From the NCBI GenBank assembly GCA_905178155.1, contig CAJINV010000001.1, forward strand, positions 11,169,009 through 11,233,008: 64,000 nucleotides of DNA, read 5' to 3'. The stretch comes from Amoebophrya sp. A120 (lineage: Eukaryota > Protista > Dinoflagellata). The translations under genes and the position numbers were made by a program. Under the pieces are notes generated by a model. It was not told the origin of the DNA, ran no database searches, and was given only the letters and a program-made list of their open reading frames with translations. Positions 47,397 through 59,311 of this stretch are shown here, one piece after another. How positions within the stretch are numbered: position 1 is the first letter of the stretch; every line of letters starts with the position of its first letter.

Positions 47397-48656
47397 AAAA
47401 ACGAAAACTACAGAGGAAGCATCAAAAGGATAAACCGTGATGAAAGAAGAAAGGAACAACTGAACTAGAAATAACGTAGAAGGTCGTCGCGTAATCGTAA
47501 TGTAAACAAAAAAAGAGATGATGGAGAAGGACGGCGAGGAAGAAAAAGAAGTCGACGAGCTAAAAAGAGAACAACATGCGGTGGTGCCCCAGCAAAGCGA
47601 AAGCCATCACTTCGCCCACTTCGCGCTGCAGTAGTTTTTCGTTGAGTTGTGCAAGAGCAAAAAGACTGTCGTCCGGTGATTATCATGCCTTAAAATTTTC
47701 AAAAACCCACCATCTCTCTCTGTGCCTGCCTGGTCGCGACAAGTTTTGACTTTTTGACCGTGGTCCCGCTCCGGTGTTGAAAGCAAATGCCACGTGCGGA
47801 GTGCGGACTGAGTCGTGGCACCGCGGCTTGCTGCGCCAGAGAGCTGCAGATGAACTCCCTGCCTGAATTCGCAGCAGTATCCCTGTTTCCGCACGCCAAA
47901 ATTGAAGTATAAGTTGAGAATACAGAAAAATACCGATGAACAGAAACGCTCGCTGCATCGGACGTACCAGAGAATAGAGCTTGGAGTGACGCACTTACTT
48001 ATCTCCGCGTCTTGTTACGAGAATACAGGAAAGCAGAGCGACTTCTAAACAAGGTAGAATACAAAAACCATTCAAGTGCGTAGTGCTTCCAACCATCTTC
48101 AAAGGTGTTGGAGGACTACACAATTTTCACGTTATCAATCATCAATGTGGTCGTGTTTCACAGCACTGTTGTTGTTCGTCTATGACTATCTCCACTTTGC
48201 CCCCATGCATAAGACCAATTTTCCTTTTCACGATGTCTGTGTGAATGCGGCAAAGCTCCGGCTTTCGTTTAACCGCAAAGAGAGTCGTTATGTCCACGCT
48301 CAGTGACACGCAAGGTCGGCTCAGCGCCGCGTCAATTTTCGGCCTTTTTTGCGTGCGAAGGAAAGCAAACCGGCACCGGCTAATAGTTGAGAGGGACAAA
48401 ACGACGCAAATGTCATACAACGGCAACTAGGAGGTTTACGTTTATGTGCAAGAATATTTGTCAAAATGTGCCACAACTTGCCGCAAAAATTTGCGTGATT
48501 CTTTGCGGTCGGGAATTGAAATTGGAATCTTCACAAGAAAAATGCTCTTAGGGATTATTACCAACGCACTGACAGATTTCGTAGCTTTTTAAGTAAAACT
48601 AAAGAAGCGGACTACTTCGGACGATTAACAATTCGCAAAAAAGCCAAGCGCTAACT

Positions 48657-51144
48657 ATGTTGGGCGACCTTTCGGCGCAGGTTGAGAAGCTGAAAGCGCA
48701 GCTTCGGCTGTTGCGCTTCCCGATTAAGGATTTCATGGAGCAGGGGGTCCTTACCGGAAAGCCCATTGCGCTGCTTCCGATTTTGCACTTCGTCTTTTTT
48801 AGCTTCAGCAAACCCTTCGCGGGATTCGTGCGCGAGCGTGGCTACGAACTATACGCGAAGTCGGATCTGAGGTTTATTGAGGAATGCTACCAGGTTTTGC
48901 GTAAGGAGCTCCACTACAGACCCACACTGAGTACGGCGCAATTCTTTCAAAACGGGTTCGTGGAGCGCAAGGTAAGTATACTTTTTCTTTCAAAGACGAA
49001 GGACATGAAGCTACTAGTACTATCTAGAGGGTTCGATGATCACCATCATCGGGAGACCTACTGACTGTGCACCTTTCCTCCTGTTGCCTGATCGCGACCT
49101 GTGCCAGGACGTTGTGGAAATGGTTTCATCGGTTGTAGTGCCTGTTTCAGACGTGCTGTCCACTGACCTAGAATGAAAATTGCCGTCAACGTAGGTGATG
49201 CTGCTACAGGACGTGATTCGTGTGGTTCGTCGATGGCATAACGAGCAGGTCGGCCAAGCACGAGACGCGCTGAGCGGCAGCACCCTGTCGGTGCGCACGG
49301 CGATGACCACACCGAAAATGAACCGCACCGGCCCGCTTATGGTACAGAGCCAAGCCGCCGCCGCGTCGCGCCCGCCAATTGGCGCCTCTCTCTCCACCGG
49401 AGCGACGTCCAGCAGCGCAGCCCAGCAGGGCGCCAGTCTGGCGGAGGTCATGTTGCGCCGGGGTTCGGACTCGTCCGACCACGCGTCCAGGCAAATGCGG
49501 GTTTTGACCGCCGACGGAGACATGATGATGTCCGGCACGACACAGGAACAAGAGGATGGGATCATCGCATCCACCGGCAATTATGGGCCGATAGTTGTGA
49601 CCGCCGTGAGCCCTGCGAAGTCCGCGAATGAGGTGTTTCGGGACTTCTGCGCCGTCGAAGCCATGACGGAGCAGTCGCCGTTGCTGACGGAAAAATCTGC
49701 GTCCGATCCGCTCGCCGGCGTGCACATCCAGGCAAAGCCGGCGGTAAGCAACTCGATGGAGCTCGATTTCACGCTGCCCCCTCCGCAACCGATGACGCTG
49801 GCGCACGAAGAACCGACGCCGACGCACTACAACGACGTCGTGACCACGGCCGCACACGTTGTTCACATGGGCGGGAACAGCAGCAGCAGCAGAAATCACG
49901 GATCTTCAGGCTCTACTGCTGGTCGTGCCAGCAATCCGTGGGGCCGGGAAACAAATCACAATTATCTTCAAGAACAACGGGAGCAGGAGTTTGTTGAAGA
50001 AGAAGAACACCTCGTGCACACAACGCGCGACCCTTACGTCTTTGGAAACAACGCGGTAGCAGCTTACACAATGAGCAGCTCGTCTTCGTCCGCCGCGCAT
50101 GCACGACAAGTACCCGTTTCCGCCATGGCGTCTGGCGCCGCGGGGGTGGGGCTGCAGGACTACGTGATGCACAAATTTGAGGAGATGGCGAAAACCCTTG
50201 AGGCGCTCTCCGCCCGAGTGACGGTTCTGGAAATGGAGCGGAAATTAGATCAGTCACGTCAACTCGCTATAGGCAATCACCACACCAGCGGAGCAGCTGC
50301 ACCGGCACCGAGTAGCTCGTCTGGTGTTCTTGTCGCACATAACAACCTTCCGCCAAGGTCTCCTGCTCAACATGCAGTTCCGACTTTTGTCAAGGACCGG
50401 TCCATGACGAATCCCGCCGTAATAAGCGCCAACACCATTCGCGATTTGCCGCATATTGGGGCGGGTCAAGAAGTTCTTACTGATGCCCGCGCAGGACGCG
50501 ATTTCCTGACGCAGACCGCGCCGCCCGTCGCGTCTTTCCAGGAAGACCCCCCTTTTTCTACCACGATCCGGACCACCACCAACCCGTCAACATCCTCGAG
50601 CACGACACGCGCAAGCGTATTCACGAAGAAGCACAACTTTTTAGCTCCGGCTCAGGAGGGCAGTAAAACGATCGTGACGCCGCCGCCTGGCGTTGAGAGT
50701 AAGTCGACTGCCGCGAGCGGAAGTCCAGCCGAGCAAGACTTCTTGGTTCATGCGAGGTACGACAACACTTCTTCGTTCAACCCTCCAGTGCGCGAAAGTG
50801 CTGCGAGTGCCAGCGAAAGAGGAGGTGAATATAATCTGGGCGCAGCCAGAATAAATGGGGACTCTTCATCATCGGAATACAACTTCGGAAACATGGCGTC
50901 GAGTAGAAGTCGCTCCACGACACTGACGAGCCAGCATCAGGTCGCGGTGCACACGCCAACGTCGACAACACAAGTGGTGGTCGGCGGCGTTGCCATTCCC
51001 TCGGCAGAGGAGACCCAGAAGCTCATCGCAAATTTGACAGCGAAATTCAAGGACACACAGGAATTGCTGGAAAAAGCAAAAGCTCGAACGCGCGAAAGCA
51101 GCAGCGCATCCAAGCACGCGACTGGCGCGGGATCATCTCGGTAG
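48657..51144 (+). CDS. CEP44: Centrosomal protein CEP44-like, 2 exons (48657-48971, 49195-51144; ~754 aa)
   Basis: N-terminal GDL...LRLLRF..G.P..LLPILHF...GYELYAKSDLRFIEECYQVLR.EL.YRP.L...QFF..GF.ERK matches the CEP44 domain; GTAAGT...TAG intron 48972-49194; later coiled coils. Confidence 0.8.
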
Positions 51145-52553
51145 CAGGTGGGAAACGATCGCGGCCGCTATGATGCGCGATGATCGTGGTTGCTACATCA
51201 ATGCGGCACGAACTACTACTACTTCTTCCTCTACTTCTCCAGATGAAGATGGAGTGTATGTGTTCGCTCCTCTATTCGGTTTTTTTCAAACGAAAATTGG
51301 TTTCGAATAGGATTGGGATATGTAGTTTTTCAAGCGGCTCGAGGTTCATGCGCACCGTGCATCGTTGCCGTTTTCGGGAACTACTGTCGAGAGATTTGCC
51401 GTCTTACCATTAACGTCTTTTTTAGATTGTTGGCTCCTCAAAATCTTGTAGCTACGTTGACTAATGTTCGGACTTGGAGTTTGTGCCTGCTGTGAGCCTG
51501 CTGAGTTTCGGTTTATGCAAGTGCTTGTAATCATCTTCCCAGTGACATGATTCCGTTCTTTGTCTTCGTCTTTATTTTCTTTCTCGCTTCATAGACTAGT
51601 ACACTAACGCGCGAGCGAATTTTCGAAAAACCAGAGAAAATGGTCGCGTTGCTGGCGCCGGCGGCGCCAAAGTGCGCCTGGGTCCGTAATTAGAATTGTC
51701 AAAATTTTAGCTGGTCACTGAAAGTTAAAAAGCAATGTAATACTTCGACCTGAAAAGAAATACGATTACAAGACAGCGAGATAGAGTGGAAAACTTTCAT
51801 GCTTCTTAACTTAGCTCGAATCAATGGTGATGCTGGTGCCAAGTCACCATACTTCGCTAGTTGAAGGGGCCATTGCATCTTGACATCCAACAATGCACCT
51901 CGAAGAATCTTTAGTTGAACGAAAAGTTTGATTGACGCCAACCACTAACTTTCGTGCGGGCGCACGAAGAATGAACTAGATGGGGATCTTCTGCAGAATA
52001 GCGAGGGATCTGATCATTCTGCTCTTGGTCCTCTAGTACTAGTAGTGACTCTATGTTTGCGACCCACGCGGCATCAAAGGAGGAGGCAAGATGAAGCTTA
52101 TGTGTTTTAATGAATCTTTAGTTCTGGTCTTTTTGTTTTTCTTATTTGTTAGCCGTACCCGTAGCGCTTGCACTTCGACATCGACGAGGTACACGATCCT
52201 TAGATCCAGAAAGTGACTTTTTGACAGGACTCTGAATGTCACAATAGCATAACCGTTCTTTCTATTTTCTTTTTGATCCCAAAGATATCACATTTCCTTA
52301 ACGTGACATTTTTGATTTTATTCGTACTCACCAGATCATCCGAATCTCCAACAAAGCTTGATGACAGAAGCACCACACATATTGTTTTGATCTTCCAATC
52401 CATTGTTTTGTAGCTGCCGCAAATCAATATTTTTCAGTTTTTGATATGAATCAAGCCGCTTTTTTATATGTCCATCCTTCCAACTGGCAAGCTGAAGTTT
52501 TAGCTCATCATCAAAGGCTAAGCAATTCTGCCTTCGTCAAAGAGGCCAACAAG

Positions 52554-55274
52554 ATGGGAGCGTCTCACCATCCACCATGGAAGAAGAAGCGTGTCACTCC
52601 CGTGTGGCAGCTTCTGTTTTTCCTCTACTGCACGGCGGCCGCCTCCGTCCTCGCGACGCCCAATGTGGAACCGCCTGCGGCTGCCTCTCCCGACGTCCTT
52701 GCGAAGACCAAGGCGGAGCTGCCTGCTGGCAGCACCCGCATGCGCTTTCACAGGGACTGGTTTCTGCAACAGGCTCAGGTCCAGCTCGACCAATTCGGGA
52801 TGATGCACGGCACGCGCGCCCCCGACTTCTGGCCGTTGGACTTCTTTCGAGGAAGATCGACCTTGGCCACGTATTACAAAGAGCTAATGTTGAGACTGAT
52901 GCTGCACGGCGGAACCGTGAGAAAGAAAAATGGCGAGACAGAAATCGTGAAACCGTTCGAGATGCCGACTAAGGATGAAAATGCCAAAATCAGCATCCTT
53001 GACGAACGGCATTACACGAATCGGATGAAGCGAGAAATCAAGCGCTTGCTGGATGAGGTGCTGAAGGACCAAATTACTGCCAAAATTAAGCAGATCAAGG
53101 CGCAAGAAATAAGGAAAGACGCACAGACATTGGCGGAACAACACGCACGCCGAAATGCACAGCAGCAGGCCGGTGCTGCGACCGAGGTTTTGCCGAGAGA
53201 TCAGCGGATGCGGCTGGGAGTTGTTGGCCTTGCCCCGGGTGAGAGTCAAATCGTTGGAGGGCCGTCGCAGTTTTTGCAGACGCCTCGCCAAAGACGGACA
53301 CCTGCTAGTACTTCTGGGCCTCTAGGTGGGCACAGTGTGCAGAAGCAGACCCTCGGCTTGACAAAAAGCACCAGGTCCGCAACTACAACGAGTCAAGGTG
53401 GCGTTCGCGGGGGTAGTTCTAGTTCCTCGCTCCTGTCTTCTGTCAAAGAGATGAAGGACCACGAGCAACATTCCGGAGATGAGTCCTGCACCACGGCGGC
53501 GGCTTGTGGGTCTAGTATGTAGTGAGGTCACCGAACGGTTCTAACCGGGGAGTTTTTTTGCCACCCAGCCAGAAAACGGCCGCCATTTTGCAAGCGGGCG
53601 GAAGTGTTTTTTGACAAAAAAAAATTTCAATTATCAAGCGGCTTTGGCTGTGTCGGCACCGAATCGCCAGCGGATTCTATCGATCGCCGCTGGGTAAAAC
53701 GACGCAGAGAAGCCAGCAAAAGGGGCGCCCTTCTGAGGCGCCCGCCGCCTTGGTTTCTGGCGATTTGGGACGCCCAAAAAGGGGCGCGCAAAAAACGCGC
53801 CCAAAATCAGAACAGCGAAACAGCATGGCACGGCCGCGATTTCGGAGCATCTTGGGCGGCCGCGAAAGCGGCCGCCTTTTCGCCGGTTTCAGAGCCTGGG
53901 AAGCTTTGCAAAAGGCGCTGGCGAGAAATATAAAAACGGAAAAAAGAAAAAGCGCGCCAGACGCGCAAAGCGAAAGCCAATCCGCATGCTATGGGCCCGA
54001 TTTTCCCTCGCTTTTTGGGCGCCCCCCGTGGCGCCCGGATCGGCCTCATAGCATGGGGGCTGGCTTACGGAAAGGAATTTCGAAAATTTATCAAAATTCG
54101 CGACGCTTATCGGGCGGCCGCCATACCGTGGGGCCTAACGTTACTCACGGCGGTATGGCGGGCCCGGAAAAATCAAAGCCGCGGCCAAGGCGACGGCCGG
54201 CAAAAAAACGCCCACGACCTCACTACCTCCGCCCCGGCGGCTATATTTGGTACTCGGCGGACTTCGTCGCGCGATTCCACGCCCTGCGTGTTCGGCATCA
54301 CCTCCGAGAACGATGAGCCACAAAAGCCCCGCGACCAGACCGGGAAAGAGAAACTCTTGAGCCCCCGCCGCGGCAGCGTCACAGCGGGCGAATTAGGCAG
54401 CAGCAGTATCGCGACACCCGCAGCTGGTGCACCACAAGCAACTACAGCAGGCTCCGCGAGTTTCTTACAGAATAGATCCAACTCCACGACCGAGGCTACT
54501 GAACGCAACAAGAAAATGTGTTTCACCACCGGCCCCCTCGAGAACCACAGCCACCGCGAGATGGTGCGGGCGACGAGTCCGGGCGGGAACGCTACAACAA
54601 CAAGCAGGACCGACTGCGCTGCGGCCGCGAACAGCTGCGGGTCGGAACATCATGTTGGGCAGGCCGATAGGAACCAAGGCCTTGGCTACCGCACGTTGAG
54701 CGATCTCGGACGTGGCCAGGGTGACGAAGGCCAATGGCAAGTAGCCTTGAACCGGCTTGACTGCATGGACGGTAGCAAAATGTTGGTCGGCTCTACGCGC
54801 ATGAGCCAGCAAAGAGATGATCATGCAAATGGTAATGTCGATGATGTAGATGTTAATCAGGATTTTCTGGATCGCTTCGCGGACTTAGTATCGGTGGCGT
54901 CCATCGAGTTCGACGGAAATTCGGCCTCCGAATCGCACTCGCAGAGGCACTTGCGCAGTGGTGCGGCGTCGATTGCTGGGGAACTCGTGTCGGAGCCCGA
55001 TAGCTGTTCGTTTGCCTTTGCGGACGACGACTCTCAACATTCCTCGTCTGTCGCCATGTCAGCGTTCGCTCGGGACGACTGGACGATGGTTGGTGAGCCG
55101 GAAGAGTTGCCTCCTGCGTTTGCAGGGATGTTTGGAGGTGGAAATGCGACGCAAGAACCTCGCTCAGGTATCTATCCTCGCGAATTGGATCCGAATGGCG
55201 ATTCCGCGGAAGAAAGCGGTGAAGAGAATGAAGCGTTGCCCTTCTCCGGTGACGTTCGGCCAAAAGCTTCCTGA
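52554..55274 (+). CDS. Hypothetical signal-peptide protein, probably one gene split by the 53519-54226 insertion (52554-53518 + 54227-55274; ~670 aa if the insertion is removed)
   Basis: ORFs 52446 and 53991 are in the same frame. The hydrophobic segment VWQLLFFLYCTAAASVLA follows the ATG at 52554. The stop at 53520-53522 is supplied by the inserted element. Confidence 0.5.
53519..54226. mobile_element. 708-bp GC-rich insertion with an 11-bp perfect TIR (GTAGTGAGGTC...GACCTCACTAC)
   Basis: Inverted repeat at 53519-53529 and 54216-54226; interior has A/T tracts and short GC hairpins unlike the flanking coding DNA; length divisible by 3; no target-site duplication seen. Confidence 0.55.
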
Positions 55275-57076
55275 AGACTCAAGTTACTTACCGCATCCAC
55301 ATGTACCGAGAGGGAGGTACAACCGATTAATGCTCGTCGTGTTTGTGCAAGTGCATATTCATATACAACAAGATGCAACACAGTACTACTGTTTCAGTTT
55401 ATTTTCTTTGGCTGTAGTTGTCTCCTTGAAAATAGAAATACCACTGACGCAATTTCGTGGTCGTGGTGCATACTATATGTTTCTCAAAGAAGTCAAAATA
55501 TCAACACCAGGTGGGTGAACATGACAAACGACGCAGGCGGAAACTCTGCAGTGAAGATGCACTCTTGATCGCGTGTCCAGAACAAAACAAGATAGCCGCA
55601 CCTACGTACATTTTGCAGAAGACCACAACAGGAGCATGCACAGATTTTCGGTTGATCCGTGTTTTGGCCGACAAATTCGGTCGAAGGAACGATTGATACT
55701 TGCCTAGACGCTGGTGCGCCACGTCCTCGTTTTAGAAATGCGATCCTGTCGACGAAGGAAGACGCATCAACTACAGTGTCGACGAGAAGAAGAACGATAA
55801 CGGAGGACACGGCCGTCGCACCTGCAATACGCTGCAAAACACTTTAGTCATGCAGCCACAACATAGCGAAACTCTAACTCTTTGCCACTATCACAAAACT
55901 ACCGAAGTAGAAAAGCCACTTCCACCTTGACTCTCGCATTTTTTTTTACTTCATCTGAGCCCTAGCAGTAGCATTAGCATTTTCACGTAGAGATGCCACA
56001 TCCACCACATCAAGTCAATATTTTTGAATCTCGCCCTGTTTTGAAATTTTTTGTGGGCAGAAAAACGGCACTCCAAAAGCAAAACCGGATTATGTTTGAC
56101 ATTGACTGCGAAAACGACACGGGACGATTTGATCACGAGCAATGATGAGGTGCTTTACTTTTGTTTTTGTACTACCATGGGATCAGAGAATACAGCGTAA
56201 AAAAATGAGCAACTTTTCTCTTGCTGACACCGTAGCGAGTTCTTCCGATCATATGCCAAAACCGAATGAAGATAAACTATCTGCAAGTAGTTCGGGATTA
56301 TTTCTGATGTTTCCACTTTTTGTTGGAATTCTGCCCGTGTGTGGGCGGAATGGGAATCGGAAAACATAAAGACGTTGAAAATTGGCATATTAATTAACAT
56401 AAACTATTTTTTGCTTCGAGAATATAGGACCAATTTCTTTGAACCGCAATGTATGAAGCTCGATATTTACCTTCAATTATTATGGTGTCACGGATACTGT
56501 CACTGTTGATGTCGATCTATCTATCCGTAGTTCAAGTTCTAATTGTCTGCTCTGCCGATCGATCTGCTTCTGCGACAGCATCTGATTGTAGATGAGTATG
56601 GTTTATTGCACATCGATAATCGATTCGCTATTTTTCGAGTAATCGACGTAATCATCTGATGAAGATGAAAGTGGAAGGTAGTGGGTTGCCATAGAGAGCA
56701 GAGAGGTCCAGGTCGATGTGTTGTGCATAGGACATCGACGCCATGATGGCTTGAGAAGTGCGATTTCTTTGGAGATGGTGAGTGTGGAGGTGAGCGTTCC
56801 AAATTGATACTCAAATCGCTATTTTGTTTTTTTTTGTTCTTTCGTTCTCGTTTTTCTTCCTGTTTTTGTCTGTTTTTGTCGTACGATATTTATACACATG
56901 AGTCTTGATCATGGAAACAAAAAGTTGGACTTGGAATCGCATATTGGTGCTAGTCCGCATATTTCCTCAGACACACACGCTAGCGGTTTGAGAAGAGTTT
57001 TCATTTGTTTTTTGATTTCGCCTGCGCGCACTACTAGAACGTCGTTTCTTCAAAGCGATTAAGCAACCTCTTAACG

Positions 57077-58714
57077 ATGGAGAAATTAGTCACGGTATTG
57101 ACAGCTTTCCCTCCGCAGCGAAAAACCACACGACAATTTACGCTGGAGGACGCAGCATGTGACATGCTTCACCGTTGTACCGCGGTGGTGAGCGGGATGA
57201 GCGCATCAGCACCATCGTCCTCGTCCTCTCGTGGGGGAATTATTCTGCAGCAGCGAAGGCTTGAAACAACGTTTTTTTCGCAAACGTCTCCAGGTCGCGG
57301 GTTGTCCTCACGTAAACCAACCAGGGGTCGTTCTCATGATGAAGATATCAACTTCCCGGGGGAACAACACGAACAAATGAAATCGGCACCACGTCACAAT
57401 ATCAAGAATTCTTCCGGCCGCACAAGTGATACTACCACCTCTTTCGCGATTATCTATGACGGTGGCACGCAGCGTGGGGACTCGGGACCGTACCTGAAGC
57501 GCGACCCGAATGACGCCATCAACCGGCCGAACGCGTACCTGGCGGCGCAGATGGCCTGCGACAGCTCGGGCGGCATCCGGCTCGGCAAGGACCTGATCGC
57601 CCGGGACGGGAAATTTTGCGACTCGCCGGAATTTCCGCTGCACACGGTGTGCGTGAAGGACCTGCCGATGGATTGGTGTCCGTCGGTTCGGCCGAAGACG
57701 ACGTTTCTGCCTCCGAAATGGAGGCCGGTGTTTGTGAAGGAAAAGCCGGTGAATTACATTTCCGGGATCGACAGCATGTCCCCCGACTACTACCAGAACA
57801 ACCCCAAGGCCGCCCCGACCGACGTGATCAACCGCACGGAGATGCAGGTGGTGGCGGACCAGGGCGACGTCTGTTGCCCGAAGCGCACCAAACTCGCCCG
57901 GTCCGGCGACCTCCCGGGCGACAAGTCGACCGGCGACGACGAGGGCGGCGAGGGCATACCCATCCGGAACTGCGAGGACCACTGGGGGAAGCCCTGGTGT
58001 GTCACGCCCGCAGCCTTGTACCGCTACATGATCAACCACCCACGGTGGCAGGTCAACGTCGACTGCGCCGCGACCTCGCAACCGCGGATCGGGGTGCTCG
58101 GCGCCATCTGCGACCAACAAGACCGGCAGCGCCTGAGCGAGGAAGCGTTCAAGCACCGGATGGGCGAGCCGGAGTACGCCAAACAGTACGAGACGCTGAT
58201 GAACAAGGAGGAAATGGTGAAAGGTACCACGGAGGGCAAGGAGGCCCTGGAGAAGACGCAGCAGAAAGACCCGGCCCTGTTCGACGCCAGCAGTGAGAAA
58301 CCCGAAAAGGCCCCGGGCGGCAGCGAGCCGGGCTTCTACGGCCCGCCGGACCCGCGGCGCACCTCGGGCGGCCTGGGCGTTGGGCTCGCCAACGCGAGCA
58401 AATCCGCGCCACTGATCCGGCCGGGAGCGGATTTCGGCGTGTACGGGGGGCAGAGCGCGTATCTGCGGGGCGGCTTGCGCCCCGGGACCACCCCGGCGGA
58501 GGAGAGGCCGGAACACAACCAGGACGAATCCGGCGGTCTGCAGGAGCCGCCGGCCCTGGCCGACACGATGCCGGAGTCGTCCACGGTCGACCCGGTCCCG
58601 GGCGGGTTTCCCATGCAGCACGTCACGAAGCTGGTCAATCGGCACGCGGGTAAAATGCCGGTGGAGGATTACACGCAACCACCCGGGGCACCGGGGTTGC
58701 AGAGTTTCTTGTGA
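57077..58714 (+). CDS. Hypothetical protein with a Cys-containing central domain (545 aa)
   Basis: Long ORF with strong GC3 codon bias from ~57480; several spaced cysteines; no family recognised; start uncertain. Confidence 0.7.
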   Translation: MEKLVTVLTAFPPQRKTTRQFTLEDAACDMLHRCTAVVSGMSASAPSSSSSRGGIILQQRRLETTFFSQTSPGRGLSSRKPTRGRSHDEDINFPGEQHEQMKSAPRHNIKNSSGRTSDTTTSFAIIYDGGTQRGDSGPYLKRDPNDAINRPNAYLAAQMACDSSGGIRLGKDLIARDGKFCDSPEFPLHTVCVKDLPMDWCPSVRPKTTFLPPKWRPVFVKEKPVNYISGIDSMSPDYYQNNPKAAPTDVINRTEMQVVADQGDVCCPKRTKLARSGDLPGDKSTGDDEGGEGIPIRNCEDHWGKPWCVTPAALYRYMINHPRWQVNVDCAATSQPRIGVLGAICDQQDRQRLSEEAFKHRMGEPEYAKQYETLMNKEEMVKGTTEGKEALEKTQQKDPALFDASSEKPEKAPGGSEPGFYGPPDPRRTSGGLGVGLANASKSAPLIRPGADFGVYGGQSAYLRGGLRPGTTPAEERPEHNQDESGGLQEPPALADTMPESSTVDPVPGGFPMQHVTKLVNRHAGKMPVEDYTQPPGAPGLQSFL

Positions 58715-59311
58715 AGTAGAAGTAGAAGTAGAACGATGTAGGTGTAGGATCGATATTAAAAAAACTTTTCAAAGTGGCAATGTACTAGCTGGAGGTCATC
58801 AACCCACACAGACGAAATTTCGGCGTCGAAGAATATGCACAGAAGTGAAGCAACGGACGGAAAGAAGTGACTTCCTACTTGCTATTTCTCGTGACGGGGA
58901 CTGTATGATCTTAATCTTCATCCTTGCTCAGGCACAGTGGGTGTATTCTCCTATGAGAACATCGATTTTCAATTTGCGAAAGGTTCTTCGGATGAGGATG
59001 GAAAACAAAGCACTGAGGACGCAGCCAATGGTTTCGGAGCAGGAGAGCTGGTCTGACAAGTGTAATCTTCTGCGTGCTGCGGATTATAAACTGCGCTCAT
59101 GATGACTTGAGTCCGTGAGTGTTTTCACTTGTGTGCTCTTTTTTTCTACATCAATCGTTGCCTTCCCGAGCAGGACTTGTGTTTTGTAACTGCGACGCCA
59201 GATTATTTTTATTGCGAAGCGCAAGCGGATGATGTGGGTACATTATTGACAAGTGCGTGCGTTAGCCTTTATCTTCTGGTTCTGGCAGCTTATCGATATT
59301 GCTTTCTCAGA

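Noticed and set aside
53519-54226. CACTA-superfamily assignment for the 708-bp insertion
   Set aside because: TAGTG is at the left end and CACTA at the right, the reverse of CACTA termini, and there is no 3-bp duplication.
57308-58678. 456-aa minus-strand ORF
   Set aside because: Antisense shadow of the GC3-rich + strand ORF 57077-58714; Arg/Val/Gly-rich with no motifs.
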